DNA from: Verrucomicrobiota bacterium | GTDB lineage: Bacteria > Verrucomicrobiota > Verrucomicrobiia > Limisphaerales > AAA164-E04 | DNA length: 64,000 bases | Assembly: GCA_047947115.1 (NCBI GenBank) | Contig: CP170459.1 | Coordinates: 219,218-283,217, forward strand | Reading direction: 5' to 3' | In this document: piece by piece, positions 26,276 through 36,053 of the stretch | How positions within the stretch are numbered: position 1 is the first letter of the stretch | Layout: every line of letters begins with the position of its first letter | Notes under the pieces: model-generated | Told to the model about the DNA's origin: nothing | Database searches by the model: none | The model's input: the letters and a program-made list of their open reading frames with translations, nothing else | Made by a program: the position numbers and the translations under genes

Positions 26276-27643
26276 ATGAATGATTTGTTGATCCTAAACG
26301 GCCGTGTCATCGATCCTGCAAATGATATCGATAGCCACCAATCTCTCCTCATCCTAAACGGAAAGGTAGCGGCTTTGGGCGCCAAGGCCGATGCCAAGGC
26401 TCCTTCGGATGTCAAAAAGATCGACGCCAAGGGGCTCGTGGTCTGCCCCGGCTTGCTGGATATTCATGTTCATTTTCGCGAACCGGGCCAAAGTGCCAAG
26501 GAAACGATCGAAACGGGCACCCGCGCGGCGGCTCAGGGTGGTTTCACCACGGTGGTCTGCATGCCAAATACCAATCCGGCGATCGATAGTCCGGGCACGG
26601 TGGCCTTGATCCAGGATAAGGTCGAGAAAAGTGCCGTCATCCATGTCTATACCACCGGCGCCATCACCAAAGGTATTGCTGGCGAGGAACTCGCTCCAAT
26701 TGGTTCACTGCATGGCGCAGGGGTGGTGGCGATCACGGATGACGGTCGTTGTGTGCAGAACAACGATTTGATGCGCCGGGCCTGCGAGTATGCCAAGATG
26801 TTCGATCTGCCGATCATGGATCATTGCCAGGATTACGATCTGGTCGGCAAAGGGGTCATGCATGAAGGCCATTGGAGCAATGTCATGGGGCTGCCTTCCT
26901 GGCCGGCTGCAGGGGAAGAGGTGATCGTTGCCCGCAATATTCAATTGGCAGAATTGACCGGCACCCACATCCATTGCCAGCACATGAGTTCGGCGGGTGC
27001 GGTGAAGTTGATTCGGGAAGCCAAGGACAAGGGGATTCCCATTTCCGGGGAAGCTTGTGCCCATCATTTCACGCTGACCGACGCCGCACTAGCCGGGAGC
27101 AATGAGTTCTGGCCGGTGGATGGCAAAGGTCTGTTGGATGTGATCAAAATGGATTACGAGCGTCCCGAGTGGGAGAATTACAATACACTCTTCAAAATGA
27201 ACCCACCTTTAAGGTCCGGAGCCGATCGGGACGCTGTGCTCAAAGGGGTGGCGGACGGCACGTTGGAAATTCTTGCTTCAGATCATGCGCCTCACTGCGC
27301 CTACGAAAAAGAGACCGAATTCGACACCGCTCCTTTCGGCATCACCGGTCTCGAAACGGAACTGGCCCTGGGCGTTATGCGTTTGTATCAGACTGGGATG
27401 ATGTCTTTGTCGGAATTGATCAGGCGTTGGACGGTCACGCCGGCTAAACTGGTTCGCCTGGATAAAGGAACTTTGAGCGTCGGAGCCAGCGGAGACGTCA
27501 CCATCTTTGATCCGGACGAAGAATGGATCTACGACCGCATGAAAACCCCCAGCAAGGCAACGAACAGCCCCTTCCATGGCTGGCCCTTGAAGGGACGCAA
27601 CAAATATACCGTTGTGAACGGCAAGGTTGTTTTCGGGAACTAA
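26276..27643 (+). CDS. pyrC: Dihydroorotase (amidohydrolase superfamily)
   Basis: Motifs are MNDLLILNGRVIDP, PGLLDIHVHFREPGQ, the block from GGFTTVVCMPNT to HIHCQHMSS, and ASDHAPH. Confidence 0.85.
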   Translation: MNDLLILNGRVIDPANDIDSHQSLLILNGKVAALGAKADAKAPSDVKKIDAKGLVVCPGLLDIHVHFREPGQSAKETIETGTRAAAQGGFTTVVCMPNTNPAIDSPGTVALIQDKVEKSAVIHVYTTGAITKGIAGEELAPIGSLHGAGVVAITDDGRCVQNNDLMRRACEYAKMFDLPIMDHCQDYDLVGKGVMHEGHWSNVMGLPSWPAAGEEVIVARNIQLAELTGTHIHCQHMSSAGAVKLIREAKDKGIPISGEACAHHFTLTDAALAGSNEFWPVDGKGLLDVIKMDYERPEWENYNTLFKMNPPLRSGADRDAVLKGVADGTLEILASDHAPHCAYEKETEFDTAPFGITGLETELALGVMRLYQTGMMSLSELIRRWTVTPAKLVRLDKGTLSVGASGDVTIFDPDEEWIYDRMKTPSKATNSPFHGWPLKGRNKYTVVNGKVVFGN

Positions 27644-27943
27644 CTAAAGGTTTTTTAGAAGCCAAATCCCACACATTGGAGGGACTGGTTCCACCCTGTC
27701 CCATGCTTTGTCCTCATAACTTCCTAAAGCAAAGGACGTGGAACGTGGGAAGCCCTGGGCATATGAAGGCCTATGGCGTTTCCATTGCAGCGTTGTGACA
27801 ATTCGAACGACTTGAGGTTTGAAGTGGGTGTAAGACGGAGCTTACCCCTCCGGTAGTGGATCTATATTTTTGGCCTGCGCCCCAAACGATCAATGGAACT
27901 GGAGTCATCGCAAAAGACTTGCGTCAGGAAGGACCTGTTTCTT

Positions 27944-29059
27944 ATGCTGTCAACCATGAACGCAGTATCGGTTGACGTAACAAATCGGGATCGAATCCAT
28001 GCACTGGCGGATCGTGTCATGTCGGGTGGATCGGTGGATCGTGAGGAGGCGATGTGGTTGTTTCATTTGGAATCGCAGGCCGACATCACCGATTTGATGG
28101 CTGCGGCCAACCGCATTCGGGAGCACTTCAAAGGCAACAAGATCCACCTGTGTTCCATCGTCAACGCCAAAGCGGGTGGTTGCTCTGAAAACTGCAAGTT
28201 CTGTTCCCAATCTGCCGCATACACCACGGAATCCCCTCGATATGGTTTTGTGGATGCCGAGCCGGTAAAGGAAGCTTCCGCCGAGGCTGAACGCAACAAC
28301 GTGACCGCAGTAGGCTTGGTGGCGGCCTGGAAAGGTTTGCGCGAAGGTCCGATCCTGGATGAAGTTTGTGATCGTATCCGCGAGATGGCCGCCGACGGCA
28401 AGGTGCGTCCGGATGCTTCCCTGGGTCTCATCGACAGCCAAGTGGTGGCTGACCGATTGAAAGAAGCCGGTTTGGCCTGCTACGGCCACAATCTGGAGAG
28501 TTCCAGACGTTTTTTCCCCGAGCATTGCACCACTCATACTTACGAAGACCGTTTGAAGACCATCGGTTTTCTGAAGAATGCGGGGATCAAGATCTGCAGC
28601 GGCGGCATTATCGGCATGGGTGAAACCCGGGAAGATCGCTGTGATATGGCCCTCGAATTGAAAGCCATCGGAGCCAGTGTGGTTCCAGTCAATTTCCTCA
28701 ATCCGATCGCGGGCACCCCCTACGAAAACAACGATCCCCTGCCCCCGATGGAGATCCTCAAAACCATTTCCTGTTTCCGGTTCATCTTGCCCAGACAGGA
28801 AATCATGGTCGCCGGAGGGCGCACGGTCAACCTGCGCGACCTGCAGTGCATGATCTTCATGGCAGGTGCCAGCGCGTTGATGGTTGGCAATTACCTGACC
28901 ACTTTGAATCAACCGGCGGAACAAGACCTGCAAATGCTGAAGGACCTGGGTCTTGATCCGGACTGGGAAGCGCACGAAGAGATGGAGTCGGGCAGTTGCG
29001 GTGAGGGCGGCGGCTGCGGTTGCTCCGCCAAGTTGGAACCGGCTGAAGTTTCCGCGTAA
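27944..29059 (+). CDS. Biotin synthase-like radical SAM enzyme with atypical auxiliary-cluster positions and a Cys-rich C-terminal tail
   Basis: GGCSENCKFCSQSAAY is the BioB-type CxxxCxxC. The blocks YGHNLES, THTYEDRL, KICSGGIIGMGE and VPVNFLNPIAGTP are collinear with E. coli BioB as I recall it. The start is uncertain (27893, 27944 or 27956). Confidence 0.75.
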   Translation: MLSTMNAVSVDVTNRDRIHALADRVMSGGSVDREEAMWLFHLESQADITDLMAAANRIREHFKGNKIHLCSIVNAKAGGCSENCKFCSQSAAYTTESPRYGFVDAEPVKEASAEAERNNVTAVGLVAAWKGLREGPILDEVCDRIREMAADGKVRPDASLGLIDSQVVADRLKEAGLACYGHNLESSRRFFPEHCTTHTYEDRLKTIGFLKNAGIKICSGGIIGMGETREDRCDMALELKAIGASVVPVNFLNPIAGTPYENNDPLPPMEILKTISCFRFILPRQEIMVAGGRTVNLRDLQCMIFMAGASALMVGNYLTTLNQPAEQDLQMLKDLGLDPDWEAHEEMESGSCGEGGGCGCSAKLEPAEVSA

Positions 29060-29090
29060 GGCCAACCAAACAGCCCGGTTTCTTCTCGGA

Positions 29091-29885
29091 ATGATGCAGG
29101 ACGATTTGCCCAAGCGTTGCGGGAAAAACAAAGATGGTTATCGGGGTGAATCCATCGATCCGGATAACATCCTGGGCCAACTGGAAGATCAGTCTAAAGC
29201 CAAGAGCTGGAAAACTGAGCATTTACGCTTTGGCAACACTTCCCGGGAATCATTGTTCTTCCTGGAATCACGCGACACCCATCATCAGAAAAGAGTTCTG
29301 ATATCAGGGGGCATCCATGGCGATGAACCGGCCACCACAGCGGCTATTGCTCAACTCATCCTTGACGATGAGTTGCCCGGAGGCATCTCCTACTACGTTT
29401 TCCCATGCCTCAACCCGACCGGTATGACATCCGGGACACGGGAAAATTCGAACGGGGTTGATCTGAACCGCGATTATTTCAAAAAGCAAACCAAGGAAGT
29501 GCAAACGCACCTTCGCAAGCTGGAGGCCTTGCCGCGCTTTGACCTGGCACTGCATCTTCATGAAGATTGGGAAGCTGCCGGATTTTACCTTTACGAACTC
29601 AGCAAGGAAAACACACCCGCCATCTATGGAAGACCTATTCTCGATCAAGTTGGCAAAGTGTGTCCCATAGAGTTGGCAAAAAAGATAGAAGGCATGCCGG
29701 CCGATCGAGGACTCATCCACCCCAGACACCGCTACCTGGACCGCGACGACTGGCCCGAAGCTTTCCACATGATGCGCCACAAAACAGACCATTGCCTGAC
29801 GCTGGAAGCTCCATCCGATTTCGAGTTGGATGTCAGAGTGAAAGCTTTGATCACTGCCGTGCGAACAGCGATCAGAATCCTGTGA
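29091..29885 (+). CDS. M14-family zinc carboxypeptidase-like protein (MpaA / succinylglutamate desuccinylase-like)
   Basis: Motifs are ISGGIHGDEPATTAA (HxxE), PCLNPTGMTSGTRENSNGVDLNRDY and LHLHED. I use the ATG at 29091, after the upstream stop. Confidence 0.7.
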   Translation: MMQDDLPKRCGKNKDGYRGESIDPDNILGQLEDQSKAKSWKTEHLRFGNTSRESLFFLESRDTHHQKRVLISGGIHGDEPATTAAIAQLILDDELPGGISYYVFPCLNPTGMTSGTRENSNGVDLNRDYFKKQTKEVQTHLRKLEALPRFDLALHLHEDWEAAGFYLYELSKENTPAIYGRPILDQVGKVCPIELAKKIEGMPADRGLIHPRHRYLDRDDWPEAFHMMRHKTDHCLTLEAPSDFELDVRVKALITAVRTAIRIL

Positions 29886-29891
29886 GTCTAA

Positions 29892-30128
29892 TTACTCACA
29901 GTTCAGTAAACGCCGAAATAATTCGGGATTCTTGCTGATCAATCGCTTTGCGGTGCCAACGGCTTTCTCCGAATGCAAAGAAGGTTTGACAGGTGTCAGA
30001 ATGATACTGCCGTTTTTATGAACTTTGATGGACACCTGATCCCCGACTTTCAACCCAACCAAATCCATTAAAGCAGCATCAAAAACCAAGCCCTGAGAAT
30101 TCCCGATTTTTGTGATGGTCTTCGTCAT
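29892..30128 (-). CDS. AbrB/MazE/SpoVT-family DNA-binding protein (antitoxin-like), no adjacent toxin
   Basis: MTKTITKIGNSQGLVFDAALMDLVGLKVGDQVSIKV is a SpoVT-AbrB swapped-hairpin motif. Confidence 0.7.
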   Translation of the reverse strand: MTKTITKIGNSQGLVFDAALMDLVGLKVGDQVSIKVHKNGSIILTPVKPSLHSEKAVGTAKRLISKNPELFRRLLNCE

Positions 30129-30458
30129 GATCTTCGGCAGTGAATGACGAGAAGATTGCCGTCAAGTTGACACTCACCATAAGTGGACCATCGACCATCG
30201 GATGCTGTTCGAAAAATAGATATCAACTATCGGAGGGGCGAGCTCTGTCTTGCCCCACTTCAATCCTCTGTGCTTTGGATCCCTTTTCAAGCTGCAATGG
30301 AAACACCACAGTCATTCGATTTAACGATATTCTTCCCGCGTTCCACCTCCTGTGGTCAGGATTGTTCTAAGGTGAATATTTGGGAACCGGGTGGAACCGG
30401 TCCCTCCATTTAATAAAAGCCAAACTGCACCCAATCCCGCCCTCTGGGCAAGAGAGGA

Positions 30459-30911
30459 TCATTCGCGGTTTTTGGTGTCGATGGTGAGGGTGACGGGGCC
30501 GTCGTTGATGAGGGCGACTTTCATGTCTGCTCCGAATTCGCCGGAGGCCACTGGTTTGCCGGTGGTTTGCTCAAGAGTTTTCAGGAATGCCTCGTAAAGA
30601 GGAACCGCAATGTCGGGTGGAGCAGCTTTGATGTAGGAAGGGCGGTTGCCTTTTTTGGTGCTGGCGTGGAGTGTGAATTGGCTGATGACCAGGACTTCAC
30701 CGCCGATGTCTTCCAGTGAACGGTTCATTTTACCTTCATCATCGGAGAAGACTCGCATACGGGCGATCTTGCCGCACAGCCAATCAATATCGGTTTGGTT
30801 GTCTTCGGCCTCGATTCCCAGCAGAATCAGGAATCCCCATCCGATAGCTCCTTTCACCTTGCCTTCAATGGTGACCGAGGCTTCGGATACTCTTTGTAAT
30901 ACGATACGCAT
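30459..30911 (-). CDS. dtd: D-aminoacyl-tRNA deacylase
   Basis: Motifs are [43 protein letters not shown] and NDGPVTL. Confidence 0.9.
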   Translation of the reverse strand: MRIVLQRVSEASVTIEGKVKGAIGWGFLILLGIEAEDNQTDIDWLCGKIARMRVFSDDEGKMNRSLEDIGGEVLVISQFTLHASTKKGNRPSYIKAAPPDIAVPLYEAFLKTLEQTTGKPVASGEFGADMKVALINDGPVTLTIDTKNRE

Positions 30912-30994
30912 GGAGATGATCTTAGTCGGATCTTTTTTGTTTATCCACAGATGAACGCAGATTTTCGCAGATCCTGTTCAGTGGGGACGCTGAT

Positions 30995-31513
30995 TCAAAT
31001 CAAGGATATCGCAGCGATCAGGATCAGATTCACATAAACCGCCGCCAACACGTCATCGATAACGACTCCCCATCCTTTTGGAAGGTTTTGGCTGACGCTG
31101 ACGGGCCAGGGTTTCCAGATGTCGAAGAGTCGAAACAGAGCGAATACGGAGGCGTGTAAGATCAATACTTTGAGGTTCAGGATTTGATCCATTTGCCGGA
31201 CCCATTCCGCGATGTGCGGAAAAACAAGCATGGGCCCCAAATAGCAACACAACACAGCGACGAATTCGTCCAGCACGACGCATCCGGGATCGTGAGCGCC
31301 CAGCACCTTTTCAGCTTGCCCACAGCACCAGACCGCGAAGAACACAAGCCCCGCAGCCACCAGACACATCATCCATGGCGATAGAAAGAGCATCAAGACC
31401 ACCGCAGCAGGAATCGCTACAGCAGATCCCCAAGTGCCCGGGGCCTTCGGCAGATGCCCGACAGGGCCAAGGCAGGCAAGCGTTGCGGTCCAGTGTCTTG
31501 GCGATTGTGTCAT
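30995..31513 (-). CDS. pgpA: Phosphatidylglycerophosphatase A
   Basis: It has the GPVGHLPKAPGTWGS motif and a hydrophobic body ending in DIWKPWPV. Confidence 0.8.
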   Translation of the reverse strand: MTQSPRHWTATLACLGPVGHLPKAPGTWGSAVAIPAAVVLMLFLSPWMMCLVAAGLVFFAVWCCGQAEKVLGAHDPGCVVLDEFVAVLCCYLGPMLVFPHIAEWVRQMDQILNLKVLILHASVFALFRLFDIWKPWPVSVSQNLPKGWGVVIDDVLAAVYVNLILIAAISLI

Positions 31514-31548
31514 ATGAATCTGTGGGCGATGGCTCTCAGGATAGCGTT

Positions 31549-32139
31549 CTACATGTCATCCAGATAGAGGTCCCGGTTTTTCACCAGATAGACAGCCCCC
31601 GAGTAAAAGGTGAGCAACACGGTGATCCATTGGGCCAGCATGGAAAAGGAAAGCACCCACGGCGCACCGAAAAGGTTCCAACCAAAGATCGCTTCACCGA
31701 TGTTTCCCCAACTGGCATAGCTGATGGATACCAACACGGCGATGATCGCGGTAATCTGGGAAATGGTCTTGTGCTTCCCAAATCGCTCAGCCGCCAGAAC
31801 GATGTTCTTGGATGCAGCCAACAGGCGCAATCCGGTGATGGCCAATTCACGCGCCACAATGATGATCACCATCCAGGCCGGCATCAAGTCCAGTCCAACA
31901 AAGGCGATGAAGGCAGATCCGGTCAGGATTTTGTCCGCGAGCGGGTCCATCAGCTTCCCGAAATCGGTGATCAGGTTGTCCCGACGGGCGATTTTGCCGT
32001 CAAAATAGTCTGTCAGGCTGGCAATGATGAAAATGACTAGCGCGACGGTATCATGGTAGGGAAACCCCACGGACAACGCAGCCAAAAAGACAACGGTCAG
32101 TCCGAAGCGGGCGACGGTCAATTGATTGGGTACGTTCAT
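31549..32139 (-). CDS. pgsA: CDP-diacylglycerol--glycerol-3-phosphate 3-phosphatidyltransferase
   Basis: The CDP-alcohol phosphatidyltransferase motif is DYFDGKIARRDNLITDFGKLMDPLADK. Confidence 0.88.
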   Translation of the reverse strand: MNVPNQLTVARFGLTVVFLAALSVGFPYHDTVALVIFIIASLTDYFDGKIARRDNLITDFGKLMDPLADKILTGSAFIAFVGLDLMPAWMVIIIVARELAITGLRLLAASKNIVLAAERFGKHKTISQITAIIAVLVSISYASWGNIGEAIFGWNLFGAPWVLSFSMLAQWITVLLTFYSGAVYLVKNRDLYLDDM

Positions 32140-32621
32140 GGCTCGGTATGTGGGTCTTCGATTAACAAACCTCCCATCGGGTATAGATCGAACATCCGGT
32201 GTTTGGCAATCCTTAGTCGTTTGTTTTGGGATTTTTCGTCATTCGGGTGGTAGGGGGAATGGCTCCAATTCGATTCCTCCGTAACGCGGAAACCAAAACT
32301 TACGCTCTGAATATACTGTCTGTTTTCGATGACCCAAGGGCTTACCACGTTCCATTTCCTTTGGTTAAGGACACTTTAAGGAGAAAGTGTGGGACTTGGT
32401 GGAACAAGTCCCTCCATGTTTGTTTGGGCTTGCAGCAGGGGGGCGAATACTTCCTGGCTTCCCATGTGAACGATCAAATAAAACTCGAATACCACGAGGA
32501 TTGCGCGTCGGGACGACACGCTCTACCAATGTGAACGATATAATAGATGCCCGAATGCCATGAGGTTCGCGTCGAGATCCCGATGCTATCGGGATGCTGC
32601 CTTTGATCGGGACTTGATCCA

Positions 32622-33698
32622 ATGGCGGGTCTGATCTACTTTGTGCGCGTGAAATTTCCAAAATTTGCATTAAATAGTTGGTCGGGCGTTTGCCTGTTGA
32701 GTGCCATGTTGGCTTCGAGCCTGCAGGTGGCAGCCGAGAACCCGAAGGTCACCATGAAAACGACGCTTGGGGACATCGTGTTGGAGCTGGACGCGGAAAA
32801 AGCACCCATTTCCACCCATAACTTCCTCAAGTATGCCGAATCCGGATACTACGAAGGGACGATCTTTCACAGGGTCATTCCCACTTTCATGATCCAGGGT
32901 GGCGGTATGGATGCCGAGATGGATAAGAAAACCAAAGGATTGATGCCTCCCATCAAGAATGAGTGGAAAAACGGACTTAAGAACAAGCGAGGCACCATTG
33001 CGATGGCTCGCACCAATGCCCCTGACTCAGCGACGTCCCAGTTTTTCATTAATGTCGTCGACAATGCCACGCTGGACGTGCCTCGAGGTGGCGCCGCTTA
33101 CGCGGTGTTCGGGAAAGTCGTCGAAGGCATGGAAACGGTCGATAAAATCCGGGACACTGAAACACGGGTTCACCCGAAATACAATGGGAACAAAGTAGTG
33201 CCCGTTACCCCCGTCGTCATCGAATCCGTCAAGGTGAATGGCGATTATGATTTGGCCGATCTTGAACTGGCCATGGCAACCATTAAAAAGAAAGAAACCA
33301 ATAAAGTGAGCGACGCTACGGACAAAGAAGCAGCCTTCCTGGCCGAAAACGCCAAGAAGGAAAATGTCAAAGAAACCGCATCCGGTTTGCAATACATCAT
33401 CGAGCGTGAGGGTAGTGATGTCAAACCCGGTCCGACCGATCAGGTTGAAGTGCATTACAGCGGCAAATTGCTGGACGGAACGGAATTCGACAGTTCCTAC
33501 AAGCGGAATGAACCCATTGTTTTTGGCCTCAACCAAGTCATCCCCGGTTGGACGGAAGGACTTCAGTTGATTGGTAAAGGCGGGAAGGTCAAATTGTTCA
33601 TCCCCTCCAAATTGGGATACGGCGCACGTGGCGCCGGGAATGTGATTCCCCCATTTTCAACCTTGGTATTCGACGTGGAATTATTGGATATCAAGTAA
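32622..33698 (+). CDS. Dual peptidyl-prolyl isomerase: cyclophilin-type domain fused to FKBP-type domain, secreted
   Basis: The cyclophilin block is TLGDIVLELDAEKAPISTHNFLKYAESGYYEGTIFHRVIPTFMIQGGG...SQFFIN. The FKBP block is VEVHYSGKLLDGTEFDSSY...VIPGWTEGLQLIGKGGKVKLFIPSKLGYG...LVFDVELLDI. Confidence 0.88.
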   Translation: MAGLIYFVRVKFPKFALNSWSGVCLLSAMLASSLQVAAENPKVTMKTTLGDIVLELDAEKAPISTHNFLKYAESGYYEGTIFHRVIPTFMIQGGGMDAEMDKKTKGLMPPIKNEWKNGLKNKRGTIAMARTNAPDSATSQFFINVVDNATLDVPRGGAAYAVFGKVVEGMETVDKIRDTETRVHPKYNGNKVVPVTPVVIESVKVNGDYDLADLELAMATIKKKETNKVSDATDKEAAFLAENAKKENVKETASGLQYIIEREGSDVKPGPTDQVEVHYSGKLLDGTEFDSSYKRNEPIVFGLNQVIPGWTEGLQLIGKGGKVKLFIPSKLGYGARGAGNVIPPFSTLVFDVELLDIK

Positions 33699-33706
33699 AG
33701 AAATGG

Positions 33707-33739
33707 TGAATTTAAAATAGTAAATAGTGAATTTAAAAA
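33707..33739. repeat. AT-rich dispersed repeat (GTGAATTTAAAATAGTAAATAGTGAATTTAAAA)
   Basis: It shares a perfect 24-mer (33715-33738, AAATAGTAAATAGTGAATTTAAAA) with the reverse complement of 56169-56192. Confidence 0.7.
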
Positions 33740-33772
33740 GCCCGGATCCCTCGCGGAATCCGGGCTTTTGCT
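33735..33772. terminator. Bidirectional rho-independent terminator
   Basis: The sequence is aaaaAGCCCGGATccctcgcggaATCCGGGCTtttg, between convergent genes. Confidence 0.75.
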
Positions 33773-33782
33773 TTGTTAAGAT

Positions 33783-34781
33783 CTATTCATCCTCGCTGGT
33801 TGTTTCGACTTCCAGCAGCTGACGGTTGGAATCGTCGTGCGGATCATCGGGACGATAGTAATCGCGCCATAACCAGCGCAGCATTTCGGGCATCATGGCT
33901 CCTCCCTGTTTGTTGGAGTGGGTGCCGATGCCCCAGCAATAGTTGACGTCGTAACCCTTCTCGGTGAGGGCATCGACCATTTTCCGGTTTTGAGTATGCC
34001 AGTCCCATTTGGGATCATACTGCCCACCGCGCCTTCTACCACGGTTGTCGTTCAATCCATCCTGAAGAAAGATTCGGATGGGTTTCTTTTCCGACTCCCG
34101 CACCAGGTCGGGATAAACATGACCACCCCGGATGTTCGTAAAACTCCCGATGGTGCTGATCACCTTGCGAAACGCATCCGGCCGGTGCCATGCCACGGTG
34201 AAGGCACAGATGGCACCCGAACTGGCGCCACTGATGGCCCGGTCTTCCGGGTTATCGGAGATGTTGTAATCCTTTTTCAAAGCCGGAATCAACTCATCCA
34301 CGATCATGCGGGCATAGTTGTCATTCAGCTCGTTGTATTCGGTGGGGCGATTGTTGATGCGATCCCCCCAGTCACTGGAGGATGATTCCTTCTGATGCGG
34401 CAGGCGACCCGGATTGATGAACACCCCGATGGTCACCGGCATTTCGCGGCGGTAGATCAGGTTATCGAAGACATTTGGAATGCGATACGAGCCGTCCAGA
34501 CTGACGAAGGCATGACCGTCCTGAAACACCATGAGCCGGGCGGGTTTCGAGCCATCGTATTGAGCGGGCACATAGACCCAGTAGTTGCGTGTCGTGTTCG
34601 GGAAGACCTCGCTGGCATGGGTCAATGGCCCGATGACTTTGCCCTTCGGAACACCTTCCTGGGGCAATGAGTCCGGACTAAGTTTATAGACATCATCCAG
34701 AGGGCCGGCCAATGTGGAGACCATCCAGGCGCATCCGAGCGCGACACAAAGAATTCGCTTCATGATTTTCTGATACATCAT
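33783..34781 (-). CDS. Secreted esterase-family alpha/beta hydrolase (enterochelin-esterase-like)
   Basis: It has a signal peptide and the nucleophile elbow [12 protein letters not shown]. The overall pattern matches 'putative esterase' proteins. The start (34781 or 34763) is chosen to avoid overlap with the upstream gene. Confidence 0.7.
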   Translation of the reverse strand: MMYQKIMKRILCVALGCAWMVSTLAGPLDDVYKLSPDSLPQEGVPKGKVIGPLTHASEVFPNTTRNYWVYVPAQYDGSKPARLMVFQDGHAFVSLDGSYRIPNVFDNLIYRREMPVTIGVFINPGRLPHQKESSSSDWGDRINNRPTEYNELNDNYARMIVDELIPALKKDYNISDNPEDRAISGASSGAICAFTVAWHRPDAFRKVISTIGSFTNIRGGHVYPDLVRESEKKPIRIFLQDGLNDNRGRRRGGQYDPKWDWHTQNRKMVDALTEKGYDVNYCWGIGTHSNKQGGAMMPEMLRWLWRDYYRPDDPHDDSNRQLLEVETTSEDE

Positions 34782-34804
34782 CAATGAATAGGATTGGGTT
34801 GAAT

Positions 34805-36022
34805 TTATGATTTGGACAGGCATATCAAATGACCGACATCATTGCGCACGTAGATGCGTTGATTGGCAAAAACAGGCGTGGTCCAGCAGGTGGAGTCCAG
34901 GACCTTTTTGCGTGAGACTTCCTTGAACGCCAGTTTATTAATATCCGTCACGGCCAGTTCGCCGGCTTCATTGAGGGACAGAATGTGATCCCCCACCCCA
35001 ATGGTGTTTCCAAAACCGAATCCGTCTTTGGTCCAGAGAATATTGCCCGAACTCAAGTCAGCCGCAAACAAGCGGCTGTTGCGGTTGCCCTGTTTGCCAT
35101 CGATCCCGTAAATCACGCCACCCGCGATCACGCTGTTGTTCATCGCGTTTTTGATTTCCTTGGTATTCCAAACGGATGACAGTGCGGCACCATCAAAGGC
35201 CAGCAATTCGGAATTCATATTGCCGGAGACAAAGATGCGGTTACCATGATCAAGCACCACGGGTGTTGTGGCCTGCATGTTGAATTGGGCTTTCCAGGGA
35301 TGCCGTGCCAATTCCTTGCCATCGACGGATTGAAGGATGCTCAACCCTGCACCATCCAGTGCAGCGATATACTCTTTGGAATTTCGTTTGAAAACAACCG
35401 GGGTTGTGTAGCCCACCTGATTTTCGTCGGAAGTCACCCAAAGGGTATCGCCGGTAGCGGCATCAATGGCGGCGGTTTTGCCTGCAGCCACATAGATGTG
35501 ACCATCGTGCAAGACAGGAGAACTGGCGAAGCCCCAGTTGGGCACCTTGACGCCCAGGACTTCCACGAGGTTCACCTTCCAGTTTGTCGAACCATCCGCG
35601 ACTTTCAAACTGTGAAGTTGTCCATCTTTGCTCAGCACAAAGACGCGACTGCCGTCAAAGGTCGGGGTCGCATTCGGGCCGCCTTTGTGCATCCGTGGAA
35701 GGAGTTCGGCTTCGTAGGAGTAATGCCATTTTTCCTTACCGGTATTGGCATCCAGGCAATAAACCGTCTCCTTTCCTTCAGCATCATGCCCCATTGCAAA
35801 TGCCAGGCCTTCCGCAACCGTAATGGAGGCATACCCCACCCCGATCTGCTTTTCCCAGGCCACTGAATAATGGGAAAGGTCCGGAGCGAATCCCTCACCT
35901 GCGACTTGATTACTGCCTTCGGGTCCCAGCCACTGGGGCCAGTCTTCCGCCTTGCTCGTATTCGAAAACAAGCCTGTCGCCAAACACATGCCGACGGCCA
36001 ATACTGGAATGTTCTTCTTCAT
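34805..36022 (-). CDS. PQQ-like beta-propeller repeat protein, secreted
   Basis: The sequence is [38 protein letters not shown] followed by repeated propeller blades. It is a paralogue-like relative of 17514..18818. Confidence 0.75.
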   Translation of the reverse strand: MKKNIPVLAVGMCLATGLFSNTSKAEDWPQWLGPEGSNQVAGEGFAPDLSHYSVAWEKQIGVGYASITVAEGLAFAMGHDAEGKETVYCLDANTGKEKWHYSYEAELLPRMHKGGPNATPTFDGSRVFVLSKDGQLHSLKVADGSTNWKVNLVEVLGVKVPNWGFASSPVLHDGHIYVAAGKTAAIDAATGDTLWVTSDENQVGYTTPVVFKRNSKEYIAALDGAGLSILQSVDGKELARHPWKAQFNMQATTPVVLDHGNRIFVSGNMNSELLAFDGAALSSVWNTKEIKNAMNNSVIAGGVIYGIDGKQGNRNSRLFAADLSSGNILWTKDGFGFGNTIGVGDHILSLNEAGELAVTDINKLAFKEVSRKKVLDSTCWTTPVFANQRIYVRNDVGHLICLSKS

Positions 36023-36053
36023 CTTGAATGTTTCTTCAGGTTGATATGGATGA

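Noticed and set aside
27950-29131. A 393-aa ORF antisense to the BioB-like gene. Similar long antisense ORFs occur at 8849..9874 (opposite dxs), 38183..39547, 47408..48322, 11086..11898, 52042..52749, 31375..32040 and 14757..15455.
   Set aside because: Each lies wholly inside a gene with strong family motifs on the other strand. Their translations are low-complexity (Gly/Arg/His-rich) with no recognisable motifs. They are typical shadow ORFs of moderately GC-rich coding DNA.
32240-32340. A tRNA- or tmRNA-like 3' end on the minus strand (…GGAGGAATCGAATTGGAGCCATTCCCCCTACCA).
   Set aside because: I could not form a T-arm because the stem halves are not complementary. There is no matching 5' acceptor (no GGGGG run upstream) and no plausible tag ORF. 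It most likely resembles these RNAs by chance.
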